The notes under the pieces are model-generated. The model saw nothing but the letters and a program-made list of their open reading frames with translations. It had not been told where the DNA came from and did no database searches. DNA of 64,000 bases from Hypanus sabinus (taxonomy: Eukaryota): NCBI RefSeq assembly GCF_030144855.1, contig NC_082713.1:38068001-38132000 (forward strand). Direction: 5' to 3'. Below are positions 52,055 to 64,000 of the stretch, piece by piece. Both the position numbers and the translations under genes were made by a program. How positions within the stretch are numbered: the stretch's first letter is position 1; each line of letters starts with the position of its first letter.

Positions 52055-52760
52055 AAACACAAGAACTTCTGATGATGCTAGAAATCGAGAGCAGCACACA
52101 CAAACTGCTGGAGGAACTCAGCAGGTCTGGCAGCATCTATAGAAAGGAATAAACAGTTGACAGTTTGGGTCGAGAACCTTCATCAGGACAGGAAAAGAGT
52201 GGGAAGAAGCATGGTGGCCAACCATTTTAATTCCAATCCCCATTCCCATTCTGATATTTTGGTCCATGGTCTCCCCTAATGCAACAAAGAGGCTTCTCTC
52301 TTGTTGGAGGAGCAATACATCATATTCCTTCAGGGTAGCCTCCAACCTGATAGCATGAACATCAATTTCTCTAACTGCCAGTAATTCTTCCTCTTCCCCT
52401 TCCCACTTCTTCCATCCCCTTCTCACCTCTTCTCTTCTTCTCACCTGCCTATCACCACCCCCTGGTGCCCCCCTCCACACTTCCCTTTCTACCATGGTTC
52501 ATTCTCTTCTCCTATCAGATTCCTTCTTCTTCAGCTCATTACCTTTTCCACCTATCACCTCCCAACTTCCCTCTTCATTCCCCGTCCCCCACTCACCTGG
52601 CTTCATCTATCACCTTCGAGCTTGTATTCATTCCCCACCTCCTCACTTTCTTATTCTGGTTTCTCTCCCCTACTTTTCGAGTCCTGATGAAGGGTCGGCA
52701 GCAGAAATGTTGACTGTTTAACCCTTTCCACAGGAATAAACTGACCTGCTGTGTTGCTCC
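52055..52760 (+). mobile_element. Penelope-like element: inverted terminus + GIY-YIG C-terminus + 3' terminus
   Basis: 52055-52200 is a minus-oriented terminus. 52215-52385 reads HFNSNPHSHSD...LEEQYIIFLQGSLQPDSMNINFSN. Then a pyrimidine UTR and a plus-oriented terminus. Inserted in a CR1 remnant. Confidence 0.85.
52680..52715 (+). ncRNA. Minimal type I hammerhead motif: stem I and core intact
   Basis: AGTC CTGATGA AGGGTCGGCAGCA GAAA TGTT GACT; stem II weak; CGTC has decayed to TGTT. Confidence 0.5.
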
Positions 52761-55700
52761 AAACAAAAGACTATGCAACGTTGTATGCAATTGGAATAAA
52801 TTATAGTAAAAGTAATTGCTTGTAGATTAAGCAATAGGTAAAAAAATGTTCAAAGATGTTAAAAAATTAAGTCATTCACTTTGGATCTAAAAGCAATCTT
52901 ACTTTCTAAGCAATAAAAATGTAAAAAAAGTTCCTTAAATTTGGTCCTACATGTGTACAATTTCTATGAACAAATTGTGTATTAAAGCAATTTCCTCCAA
53001 GTTATATTTTGCCAGTGATTATTTCAAAGTCAGAAAGTACTGTTGTCAAACTAGCCAGGGGACCTGTTGTTATAATCCATCTTTGTGTAGCTCCTGTTCT
53101 TCTGACATAGCTGCTCTGGGGCAATCTGCAGCCTTTAGGGTTCACTCATAATAAAACTAGGATCATATGGTGTGGGTTTACAGTGAGTAGGCAATTAAAC
53201 TACTTGCACAGTGGCATTGATATTTTTCACACAGCATCTTCCGGCCTTAGTATTCTGCAGTCACCTGTATGAAAAAATTAATTAGTGGAGCTTTCATCAG
53301 TGTTATTTCCCAAATCAATTGTGGTCTGCAAGCTTTGATCTCATCTTCTGTGGTAAGCCCGCACCTTGCTGATCAATGTAAGATTACATGAGCAATTTAG
53401 CCTTTGAGCTCATTTCTCTGGAGTAAAACCGAAGGCAAAAGGACAACAAAATGAGCTTGCTTTGTACCAACACACCTCAGAAAGTGGAAATAAAATTCCC
53501 TTAAAGATACTTGTGGGCTTTTGTGACATGGGAATCAATCCAGGCAACTGCCATGTGGGGTATTCCCACATGGTGCGCTACTTGGTCTTGATGTACAGTG
53601 TTTATAAAAAAACGATGCACTTCTTTTCAAGAGGAGTGCAGCAAGGTTCCACCATGCTGATTCCTGGGATGTCAGCTCTGTTGTATGAAGAGAGATTGAA
53701 CAAGCCACAGCTTTATTATTTTGTGCTCACATGAATGAGAGAAGGCCTCATTGAAAGATACAATAAAATCCACCCTGACCTCTCATCATCAGGAGACAAG
53801 AAACAGAGTCACTCTCAAAATAAGGAAATGCAGAGAAATTTCTTCAAGTCAAAGAATCTTAAAAATCCTCTGCTTCAGAGAACTGTAGAGGGTCAAAATT
53901 TGATTGCATTCAAAACAAAGAAAGATATGTCTCTGAGTATCAGAAGTGATAGAAATAAACCACAAAAGGCAGGGCAGGTGTGGTCTATCTCTAAGTATAT
54001 GTTTGAAATTGTTGCATCCACCTGCTCTAAAGTACTCCCTGGCCTCCATTGCAGCCTTTTCTGTAGCTCACAGAGCCATCGTGGAGAGAGCTCTTTGCAT
54101 TAGTACAGCGATGGCACAGCAGCTGTGAACTCTCCATAAAGCTCCCACTGGGATCCGCTCAGGCCCCGTTTCAGTGCATGAATCTGTGCAAAGCACGCAC
54201 TCTAAACGTGATGAATATTTGCCCAATTGCATGAATATTTTCAGGAGAGCCAGGTGGGTTTTGAAACTGTCTACAGCAAGTGCTCACTGCACCAGAAGAG
54301 ATATGATTCTGGGGCCATCTGACTTTGCTATTCTAAGAGAAGTGTGCATAAATTATTTAGAAATTAATGGATCAAGTTATATGGTAGAAACAGAAAATAA
54401 TCAAAATGGTGGAATGCTGGCCTTTAAAGTTGGAGGATAGGGATGTTGCTACAGCAATAGAAAGCCTTGGATTTAGACTATTCCAGATTTCTATCAGCAG
54501 TTCTGGGCACCAGAACCTCAGAAAATATATATTGTCTGTGGAAAGAATACAGAAATTACATACGGTCCTCTGATAGCTCAGTTACAAGAAAATGACAAAA
54601 CACTGTTGTGCTACCAAGAATTTTGAAGAGACAGCATTTGTTTGCATATTTACACAAATTAATAAAGTAGGTTACACAGAACTATTTATTCTGCCCATGG
54701 AGTAGGGTGCCTTGTCTGAACATTAGAGTGAGGCCCTTCAGAAATGCAGTTAGGCAAAGATTTTATACACAATAGGTAGTAACATGAGATTACTTCCACA
54801 AATTGCAAAAAAAAGGTGCAGTTAAATGTTAATATAATTTTCAGATGAACAGCTTACAGATTAATATGGTACAGTGTAAACAGCAACATGCTGCCAAATT
54901 AACTCTATTTCTCATGAGTAGCCTGCAAGATTCTCGTTGAGAACCACTGGTCTGACCTTTCAACGTCTATTATTGTGGGACTTAGTATGTGTTCTGCAAT
55001 GTTTGTACAATGCCAACACAAAAAAATGTGATATGGTTGTATAGCTAGCATTCAATGTTGATTTGTAAATAGGTTCCGACCAAGAGTGGGAAGTTGACTT
55101 GGCTTCCCTGACTAAAAACCTGAAGTAACTGACGTGATGGTGATTATGATTCACATTAGATAAGTTTGATGCATTCAACTCTTATTTTCCAAAGACGAAA
55201 TGCCACCGAAACAAGCCTATAGGTTTAACCTTTATGTCTAAATATTGTTTTCAAAGGGCATTCTCATTAGAACTAACAATTCTCTCATTACTGGCTACGT
55301 GGTTAAGAGGCCCCAATCAAATGCTGCAATCATATTACTAGTCTTAGCAAGCTCATATTAAAACTAAACGGCAGTGAAATTTTACTGGGCACTGTAATTC
55401 TGACTAAGAAAGGTCAAGTACCTTTACCGTGATACCTCAATCATTTCAATCTTGCTTCATAATGCTAGGATTGCAACTGTCGTGGGCAGTAACTATGCAA
55501 GGAGATTTTGCATAAATTACGTCAAAGTAAATGCTGCATTGTATTCAACATCAATGAATATGTCTGATGGCTTTATGTGGATTAAACATATGAAAGACCT
55601 GCAGATGTATACAAATGCCATGCTGCTACTTAGTGTTAAGGCGATCAAGTTTAAATAGACAATTGTGCAATTCACAAACAATATTTGACAGCATTTCTCA

Positions 55701-55776
55701 TTTTTTTATTTTTGGACATACTGATTGAGGTTTAGAATTAAGTGTAAGTTTTCTATGGGTTTTTCTTCCATTACTA

Positions 55777-55790
55777 CCAGCAGGTGGCAC
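55777..55790 (+). promoter_or_regulatory. Candidate CTCF binding site
   Basis: CCAGCAGGTGGCAC matches the core consensus CCASYAGRKGGCRS at every position. Motif match only. Confidence 0.45.
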
Positions 55791-56063
55791 AAAATTAATG
55801 GAACACTATTGAGGCACATTTCACTGAAGTTCCTCTAACGTCACAGTGGTGTAGTGCGAAGAATCAAGATAATTTATTCCTTATGACTCTTTAATATACT
55901 TCAGCTTTTAATATTAGCTGCAAATACACAATTTATAAATTATTAAGATATGAACTTTTAATGACATTTTAAAGACTAACAATAAATGCTTCCAAGAACA
56001 AATGTGTAGAAATCAGAGAGCCTGTGTGTAATTTATCTTGTCCTTAATGGGAGTTTGGATTAC

Positions 56064-56255
56064 CTCACAGATGTCCTTCAGGTGCTTAATGTAGTGCCTT
56101 TCTGTGCTCATTATTTCATTGATGACATTTGCTCTCATCTGGTCTCTGTTCTGGATGCTTCTGCCAAGACACAGGCAGTCAGAGTTCGGGTCCAGATGTC
56201 CATTTTGAATCTCGCTACTGGCGTCATCTACAGTGTCTTCCTGATTCACCCAAAG
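56064..56255 (-). CDS. ARHGEF9: ARHGEF9/collybistin exon: SH3-DH linker and start of DH domain ([64 protein letters not shown])
   Basis: 192 nt, phase 0/0; acceptor ctttattggcag|CTTTGG, donor GAG|gtaatc. The translation nearly matches human collybistin residues 64-127 as I recall them; the [14 protein letters not shown] linker distinguishes it from ARHGEF4/SPATA13. Confidence 0.97.
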
Positions 56256-57434
56256 CTGCCAATAAAGGAAAGAGACAGCATGGATAATTGTCTAATATGT
56301 TGTCACATATACAGTCGATCCAGCATTATCTGTGCCATTATATCGAATGCCAAGACTGAGAAAGAAAAGCATCCCAAACATCTTTTAAAACCACCTTTCG
56401 ACCAATCCTGCTACCTTTCAGGATTTCTCTTTAATACTATATCATATTACATTTCCATAGCCAATGATACAACAATATATTACAATGTACAAAACAATAC
56501 AGTGCAAACAGCTCCCAGGCCAATGTGCATTCCTCTAATTCTCTGGCACTACTTCAATACCTAGAATATTGAAAAATTATAGTCTAAGTCTCTGCTAGTT
56601 CCTCCCCTTCCTTTAGTAGCCAGGTCCGGTGTTTAATGTTTACTCATGTTTATTACAGCCATTTCATTCTCATTCATTTTAATGTCCCTTTCTTTTATGA
56701 AGACAGATGCAATGTGTCCATTAAGGACCTTACTGATACCCATTTCCATACACAGATTAAATTTTTGGTCACTAATGGACTGCAATCTTTTAGTTAACTT
56801 CTTAGTCTTTATGTAATAATAAGAAACATTTGTATGTCCTTCACTTTTATCTACCTGCACTTCATGATGCCTTCTAATTTCCTAATTTCCCTTTTAATTT
56901 CACCCCAATTCTCTTCTAGATTTGTCTGACACTGGTTTCCTTTTCTCTACTTTGATACATCTTGTTTTCATGAAGACTTTAGATTTGGCAGTCCAATCTT
57001 TATCCTTTGTGGGATTTGTTTGTCCTCAGATACTAGAGCCTCTTTCTTTAATGCCTTGCAATCCTCTTAGACAAACCTCCAGTAGCTGCATCCAGTCTAT
57101 TTTTACTGAACTGCTCCTTTGTCTGGTAAACTTGGCCTTCCCTGAATTTAGAATATTTATTCTAATTTTATCTGGGTCTTGTTCTGCAATTATGTTAAAC
57201 CTTTCAGAATTAAAACCAGAAAAACCATTCTACTTTTACCTAGACAGCTTTTTCCATTAAACTAACTCCAAAATTCCCCCTACTTTGATGAGCTACATAA
57301 GGCTGAAAATGTTCTAAGGAACGCAATTTAATCATTCTCTTCAAAAAAATTAAATGCTAAAAATGTAAAGCAAAGCTTAAATTCAAATTCTGCTTTGTGA
57401 AATGCCTGCATTCAAACCTCCAGAAAAATCCTGA

Positions 57435-57555
57435 ACTTCCTGGCACTTCATTTCCTCATCCCATTCCCACTATTGGTCTATGGCCTCCTGAACTGTCACA
57501 GTGAGGTCTAGCACGAGCTTGAGTAACACTAGCTCATTTTACACATGGGCACCGT
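57435..57555 (+). mobile_element. Old Penelope GIY-YIG scrap
   Basis: cccattcccac...gtctatggcctcctgaactgtcacagtgagg...ttgagtaacactagctcatttt, similar to 52235-52340. Confidence 0.5.
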
Positions 57556-58361
57556 CAGGTAATTTGAAGACTCTGTCTAGAGATTGATCCACCAAAAACT
57601 TGCTGGAAAATCATACAATTGATTTGAGGTGAAAAGTTTAGTGTCATAGCACTACCTCTAGAGAAAATCATCCTGGCATGTCCGATGCGTACAGTTTTTA
57701 GCTAACTTCAATGAAAATGAATCAAGAGTAGCAGTTCAGACAGACTTCTAATCTCTATCTTTGATATGCCTGCTCTAGGTAATATGGATAATATATTTAA
57801 TCTGAACCTTTCTGATTTGAAAGCCCTATCAATTGATAACATTGGAATATTTTGCATTATCAAATGGTGTAAATGTTGGTCAGTATACTCAGGTATTTAT
57901 TACATTTCAAGGATTTGCTTCTTAACCATTATGTTTACATCTCAAAAAGGAAGTGAACAATGCTCAAACGTGAAATGACAATTGAACCAAAACTGACCAG
58001 TAAAATGCATCTGAGGAGCATTTTTACAACAACATAATGAGGCTGAAAGTATTCATTGACAGATAAAGACCAACGTTTTAACTTGAAAAAGACCTGGAAT
58101 AAACTTTGGAACAACAAATGTAATTAAAAATATTGATAATCTAGGACATCAGACAGGTCCAAAAAAATCTTTAAATGATCATTTCCAGCATCCAGATGAG
58201 ATACTTTTGTATTGTGAACAAGAACAAACTGGTCAGCAGGGACATATCAAAGATAACTAAATCATCAAACAAAAAGGCAAGAATGGCAAAATGATTTGTT
58301 GATAAAAATCAATTTCAAGGCAAAGAAAAACTACTAAGTTAAGTTATTAAGGGATGTAAAA

Positions 58362-59160
58362 AGACCATTGACCATAAGATAGGAGCTCAATTGGGCCATT
58401 TGGCCCATGGAGCCCACTCCAATGTTTCATCATGGCTGATCCACTTCCCTCTCAACCACAGTCTCCCACCTTCTCCCCATATCCCTTTATGCCCTGACTA
58501 TTCAAGAATCTATCAATCTCAATAACTTGGCCTCTACAATTGCCGGTGGCAATTAATTCCAGATTCACCATGGTCTGGCTAAAGAAATTCCTCCTCACTT
58601 CCTTGCTAAATGGACATCCCTTTATTCTGAGGCGGCGCCCTCTGGTGCTAAACTCCCCTGCCAAAAGAAACATTTTCTCCACATCCACTCTAAAGAGCCC
58701 TTTTAACATTTGATAAGTTTCAATGAGATCCTCCCTCATTCTTCTGAATTCCAGTGAGTACAAGCCAAGAGCCATCAAACTCTCCTCATATGATAAACCT
58801 CTCAGTCCTGGATTCATTCTTGTGAACCACCTTTCAACCCTCTTCAATGTCAGCACATTCTTTTTCAGATAAGTGGGCCAAAACTGTTCATAATGCTCCA
58901 AGTGAGGCCTCACCAGTGTCTTTCAAATCCCAGCATTATATCCTTGCTCTTATTTCTAGTCTGATCAAAATGAATGCTAACATTACATTTGCCTTCCTGA
59001 CCAGCGTCTCAACCTGAAAATTAACCCTTTATTGAATCCAGCATGAGGGCTCCCAAGTCCTTTTGCACTTCAGGTTTTTGAACTTTCTTTCCATTTAAAA
59101 AATAATTTATGCCTTTATTTCTTCTATCAAAGTGCATGGTCATATAATTCCCAGCACTAT
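58362..59160 (-). mobile_element. 5'-truncated CR1 LINE
   Basis: ORF 58452..58913 RPHLEHYEQFWP...RRNFFSQ; tail gaccattgaccataagataggagc. Confidence 0.92.
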
Positions 59161-61139
59161 AAAAGAAATAGAAAGATGAGCTAATGAAAAGTTAATAACA
59201 AAGGTTAAAAAAAATTAAAGGTTAAGGTAACCAGGGGATGAACAGAAAAATCCCAAAGGTAAAATGGCAGTAATATTAGATTATTATTACGTTTTGGTAT
59301 TTATCAGGGAAACACAAAGCTGAATATAATATCAGAAAATGAGATTTAAAGGAGTTTAAAAACACTTATGATAACTGATAAACTACTCAGGTTTAGAAAG
59401 ATGGAAATGATTATCCAGTTGGGCTATATTCATGCTTAAGAGTACTGTGTCACCATTACATGTACACATGAAACTTTGTTAGGAATTGGAATCATGCCAA
59501 ACAACCATAAATATAAGGTAGACAGAACAAATCTATAAAGTAATCAGCTTAATGTCAGAGGTAGGAAAGATAATTTAATCTTTACTCAAAGACTGAATAG
59601 CAAACACCTGTGGAAATTCCAAGAAAATATTACGCTGTTCAAGCTTATTTACTTACTGTAGAAGTCACAGAAAAGGAAATAAGTGTAAGGTGGAAGACAG
59701 AATGGTCTCAAAGCTCTAGTGCATTCTGGTAGACCAGCTAAAAGAATGTTTAGATCATCTGTTCTGTAATTTTTAATTGTACCCAAAGTCCCAAGAGCTA
59801 CTGAAATGTTGCTACATTTCATTGAAAATGTGCCACCCCAGGCAATGGCAAGTCAGTGAAGAGAGAGGGCCAGGGGATGCAGGCACAATCAGTGCCAGGG
59901 TTGGCTTGGCAACTAGTTAACTGGCTGGATTGTGGGGGATTATTGTCAAGCAAAACTGGAGCTGTCAAGCTCTAAAAAATAAGAAATTGTCACTAATAAA
60001 TAGATACATATATAGGAAGTCTGGGCAAGAAAATGAAAGAATAGGATATATAGGACTCCGGAAATGGATTTAGATAAGGGAAGAAACAAGGACTCTAGTT
60101 AAGCATAATGTTGACATTAATGGGTCAAATTTCCCCTTTCTGTGCCATATACATTACATAATATTGTGTGATCCTAATCAGTAATTAAATAAGAAGAAAT
60201 TATTCAGAGAATATTCAACATTAAGCTGAATATGGTTGAGGAGAATAGCATAGATGTATTTAAAAGCTAGATAGATAAACTCTGAAGGGAAAAAGGACAG
60301 AAGGTTATTACCCTTTAAACAGCTGTCATGGTTACTCTTAAAATAAAATTCCAGATTTATCTTTTCAATTCCAATTAGTGCCTTGAATACGTTGATAAAT
60401 AGCCTTCTTTTTTAAGCATGACAGTTCTCAACTTTTCTCATTTTCACTCACAACCCGGTCCCCTGACACAACCAAACAGTAATGTGACTCCGTTGTGACT
60501 ACTTTCTCCCATCACAGGACTTCTACGGGTTGATAATTCCGTGGACTGTTACAGCTCCTCAACATTTTACTCAAATAGTGATTATTCATATGCAGAATGA
60601 GACAAGCAATGTTTGCATTACGAGCAAGTGAGGGCATGACAATTGAATTGGATCCTGTCCTTATTCACATGGACATGTATATTTGATAGCTGGGGTCACC
60701 GTGCAGTGACACAAAGAGGAACTCCTGGCTGCTTATTTTTTCCATGACGTACCCTGGAGTCGAAATGATCTTTAGCTCATGACAGTGCATCCACATACTA
60801 AGCCACTGATGGATTGCTCCTGATTAAATTGATAAATGCCCAAAGAGGTTCTTTTTTATCATATTTCAAATGTCAAGTTTTTACCAGTTTCTGGTATTTT
60901 ATGAGATTTTGTGTATTCATAAAATCAAGCTCCAGCACCCTATTGCTATGTTACTTATCTATTGCTATGATAGATACAGCAATATATAACCCATCCTCAA
61001 CTGCAGCTAATACTTTTACATTTTCACATTAGACTTGATGTTACTCTTTCATTGGCCCAGGTCCAATATTTTGGCAAATAATTAAAGACAGCCTATTTAT
61101 CTGGGTTTTTTTTTTACTGATAATATTCCTTTTAATGGA

Positions 61140-61780
61140 CTTTCACACTAAGCATACTTGAACAGTATGCATGGGATCCACCGTTCAGCCCACACTATCT
61201 GAGCCTAATGTGATGGCAAATTGAACTAGTCTCTTCTACCTGCACAAGATTCATACCCCTTCATGTCCTGCATATTCAACCAAACAGCACCATCATACTC
61301 CACCACCAATCTGGGGACACCGCTCGCTATGTATAAAACTTGCCCACACATCTCCTTCGTACTCCCCCCATCCCCCCCACCTCAAAGCTATCCCTATAGT
61401 ATGTGAGATTTCTACTCTTGAAGAACATTCTGACTGATTGCCCTCTCATAATTTTTATCAATTCCGATCAGCTCACCCTCACTCACCACGCTCAGAGAAA
61501 ACAATCCAAGTTTGTCCAACCTCTCTTCGTAGCTCATGCCCTCCAATCCAGCCAGCACCCCGGCAAACCTCTTCTGCGTCCAGAGATCTCTGCATGCTTC
61601 CTGCAACAGGCTGAGCAGTACTGCACAAAATAATACTAGCTGAAGCTCTATGCAATTGTAACATGACTTGCTGAAACCAATGGCCAATGCCCTGACCAGT
61701 GAAGGAAAGCACAATCCTTCTTCACTATTCCGTCTACCTGTGTTGCCGCTTTGGATCTGGAATCCAATATCCCTCTATAC
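61140..61780 (-). mobile_element. Old CR1 3' fragment
   Basis: QKRFAGVLAGLEGMSYEERLDKLGLFSL (ORF 61412..61714). Confidence 0.8.
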
Positions 61781-63695
61781 ATCAACGTCAGTGCCCTTGC
61801 ATTAAGGCAATCAAATTTCTTCAAACTTTTCGACTTCTTACAATCTACAATCTCTTAGTACTAAACTTGGTGCCACCTTGTGAATAAATCCCAAATTATT
61901 TCAACTTTTTCTCTTTCCATCCGTGGAATGCTCTAATTAACAGGCTCTTAATCCTCCCTCTGCTCCTTAGTATAAAAAAAGTAACAAGGAGAAATGTTGC
62001 TAACTATAGCATAAATTATCCAGCATTCCACTTAGATAAATGCATTGTATCATCAGAATTAGATGACACCATGTTTCCTGAAATGTCTACTTTGTCAGCT
62101 GGATCATGCAGATTGTCGCTTAATTAAAGTAGTGATCTTGACAGCCGTATCACATTTAGAATTCCTTGCAACTTTGTCCAGGAAGACCAGCCGACACACA
62201 AGCACATTATATTAGTCATCGTCAGGGAGCGTAAATCATTCCCATATCATCAGCTGCTGTGATTCATTTATCAGTTTTCTTACAGGTGTATAACTTGTGA
62301 GTCCAAGGATAGAGCTGCAAAAGTGAACACAGCCAGCCTGCTGGCATTTCATGTATATTCTCCTACCACAAAATTGTTTCCAAATCATTCAAATATATAG
62401 CAATGGAATAATGCAATGCAAACAAATTAGGTTTTTGGCTAAATTTTAGGCTTATTTATAAAATGAATTAGAATGGAAATACTCAAAGGAATTCCCACCT
62501 TTCTGGCTGATTAGTCCACCATAACAACAATTTCCGAGAATGCCTCTTAAGGAAGTGAAGACTTCACAAAGAGAAGAAATAAAATACAAAGAAATCAAAG
62601 TGTGCAAGCAATTCTAAACACAAGTAGGGAAATCCTGGACTGGTAAAAATTTTAATCTGGATTTAATGGCACGGTGGCATCCTCCAGACAGCAACATGGC
62701 GGAGCTGCTCGGTGCTTTCTTCTGTCATGCATCCAACTGGTAGCAACACTGCCCCATGCACATAAATTCAACATTACACTCGATTTCCTAACCTATTTAT
62801 TCAGGAGCTGTTTGTATTATAGCTTTCTCATGATTCTAAAAACTTTGATGCAGGAAAGCTCTACAGTAGAGTTCAGGTCATGAGATGGCAGCTCTTGCTT
62901 TCATTGTAATCCTAAAGTTGGTTGGGTTAACAGTTCATTGAGAAGGAGATGGAATGAATTTAGGCTTCTGCTTGACAAACAGCTACATCAGCATTTAAAT
63001 GTATCTGGTGATTTATTACTTATTAATCCTATGATTGTTTATTGAAAGTTGTTTAGTATCTGGTTATCTTATCAAATGAACAAATCAATTAAGTATTAAA
63101 CCAACAAAATGTGTTCATTAAATGAAGACAAATCAAAATGAATTAATTCATAAATTAGCGATCATAGCAAATGACTCAACTTTTGACTACAGCTGAGAAT
63201 AATGTTTTAAAATTACGGTATGTTCAACATTTGTCTTGGGTGCCAAACTTCAGGTTATTTGCAAATTATACGATCTCAACCTGCTTGTTGCATTGCCTGC
63301 CTTTCCTACTTACTCTTCAGCCTTTAAAAGTTGCCAAGTTGAAGCCAGCCTGGAGATGTGTATTATATTAGCACATTTTAATTACAGGGAGCTGGTCACA
63401 TTATCACCAGATTATTCCTTTGGCAGGTGCTTTTTGGCTTCAGTTTAAATCCCTACTGCTGAAGGCAAAGATGACCTGCAACATGTTACTCCAAGAACCT
63501 CACTGTATTTTGGCCTGCAGAATCTTCATTGAATTGTATCAACCCAGAGGCAAACTGGGCTGAGGTCTAATTAAAGATGGAGTTCATCTTTTCAATTGCT
63601 TATATTCTCTTGTGGCTTATGCTGTCAGAGCTCTGGAGAGTGTTGTAGAACAGAGACTTGGGGATAAAGTACACAGTTCTCAAAAAGTGGTGAAA

Positions 63696-64000
63696 TACAA
63701 TCAGCTGCTACTTCATTAGGTAGAGCAATGGAACCCAGTGTGGTCTTCCACATACCATTGTTATAAAGTATGGTTATTTAAGTTACTATCAGCTTGAACC
63801 AGTCTGGCCACTCTCTTCTGACCTCTTTCATTAACAAGGCATTAAGGTGTATTCACCCTCAGAACAGCCAATCACTGGGTTTGTTGGTTTTTTTTTTGTT
63901 TCTGCACCATTTTCTGTAAACTGTAGAGACGGCTGTGTGTCAAAATACCAGATCGGCAGTTTCTGAGATACTCAAACCACCCTGTCTGGCACCAACAATC
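63696..64000 (-). mobile_element. Tc1/mariner deletion derivative, runs off the window
   Basis: Minus strand IVGARQGGLSISETADL...AVSTVYRKW...LVNERGQKRVARLVQAD (paired-like HTH of Tc1 transposases); decayed TA-anchored terminus tacaatcagctgctacttcattaggta. Confidence 0.8.

Noticed and set aside
61290-61320. Minus-strand DWWW reading resembling the collybistin SH3 motif KDWWWG
   Set aside because: Flanks do not match SH3, a stop follows within a few codons, and it lies in a CR1 remnant.
62685-62720. REST/NRSE-like GGAGCTGCTCGGTGCT next to a YY1-like AACATGGCGG
   Set aside because: Half-sites are mismatched and spacing is non-canonical; too weak to call.

Overview
Eukaryotic, AT-rich vertebrate genomic DNA. 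The repeat content (many CR1 LINEs, Penelope-like elements, a V-domain/HE1-type SINE, Deu-domain SINEs, Rex1/Babar tails) points to a cartilaginous fish, probably a ray; this is an inference. The only host gene I can support is ARHGEF9 (collybistin, Cdc42 GEF and gephyrin adaptor) on the minus strand. Five consecutive coding exons splice in frame through GT-AG introns: 56064-56255, 50327-50506, 47669-47901, 42829-42958 and 23870-24001. They encode the SH3-DH linker, the whole DH domain and the start of the PH domain. I did not find the SH3 exon or the later PH/C-terminal exons, so they probably lie outside the window. Everything else is intron packed with transposon relics. The most interesting non-obvious signals are: (1) Penelope-like elements whose termini carry minimal hammerhead-ribozyme motifs, including ~230-bp hairpin mini-elements with two inverted hammerheads and target-site duplications (TSDs); (2) an L1 with a twin-priming 5' inversion, a 14-bp TSD and a gene-sense poly(A) signal just downstream of a DH exon; (3) a 100-bp L1-like 5'-end-only insertion with a 12-bp TSD; (4) a 702-bp solo LTR with GATA x5/CCAAT/TATA, antisense to the gene; (5) a self-templated inverted duplication inside a CR1. 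No prokaryotic system, CRISPR array, tRNA or rRNA gene is seen. Family assignments rest on recalled motifs, not on database searches.
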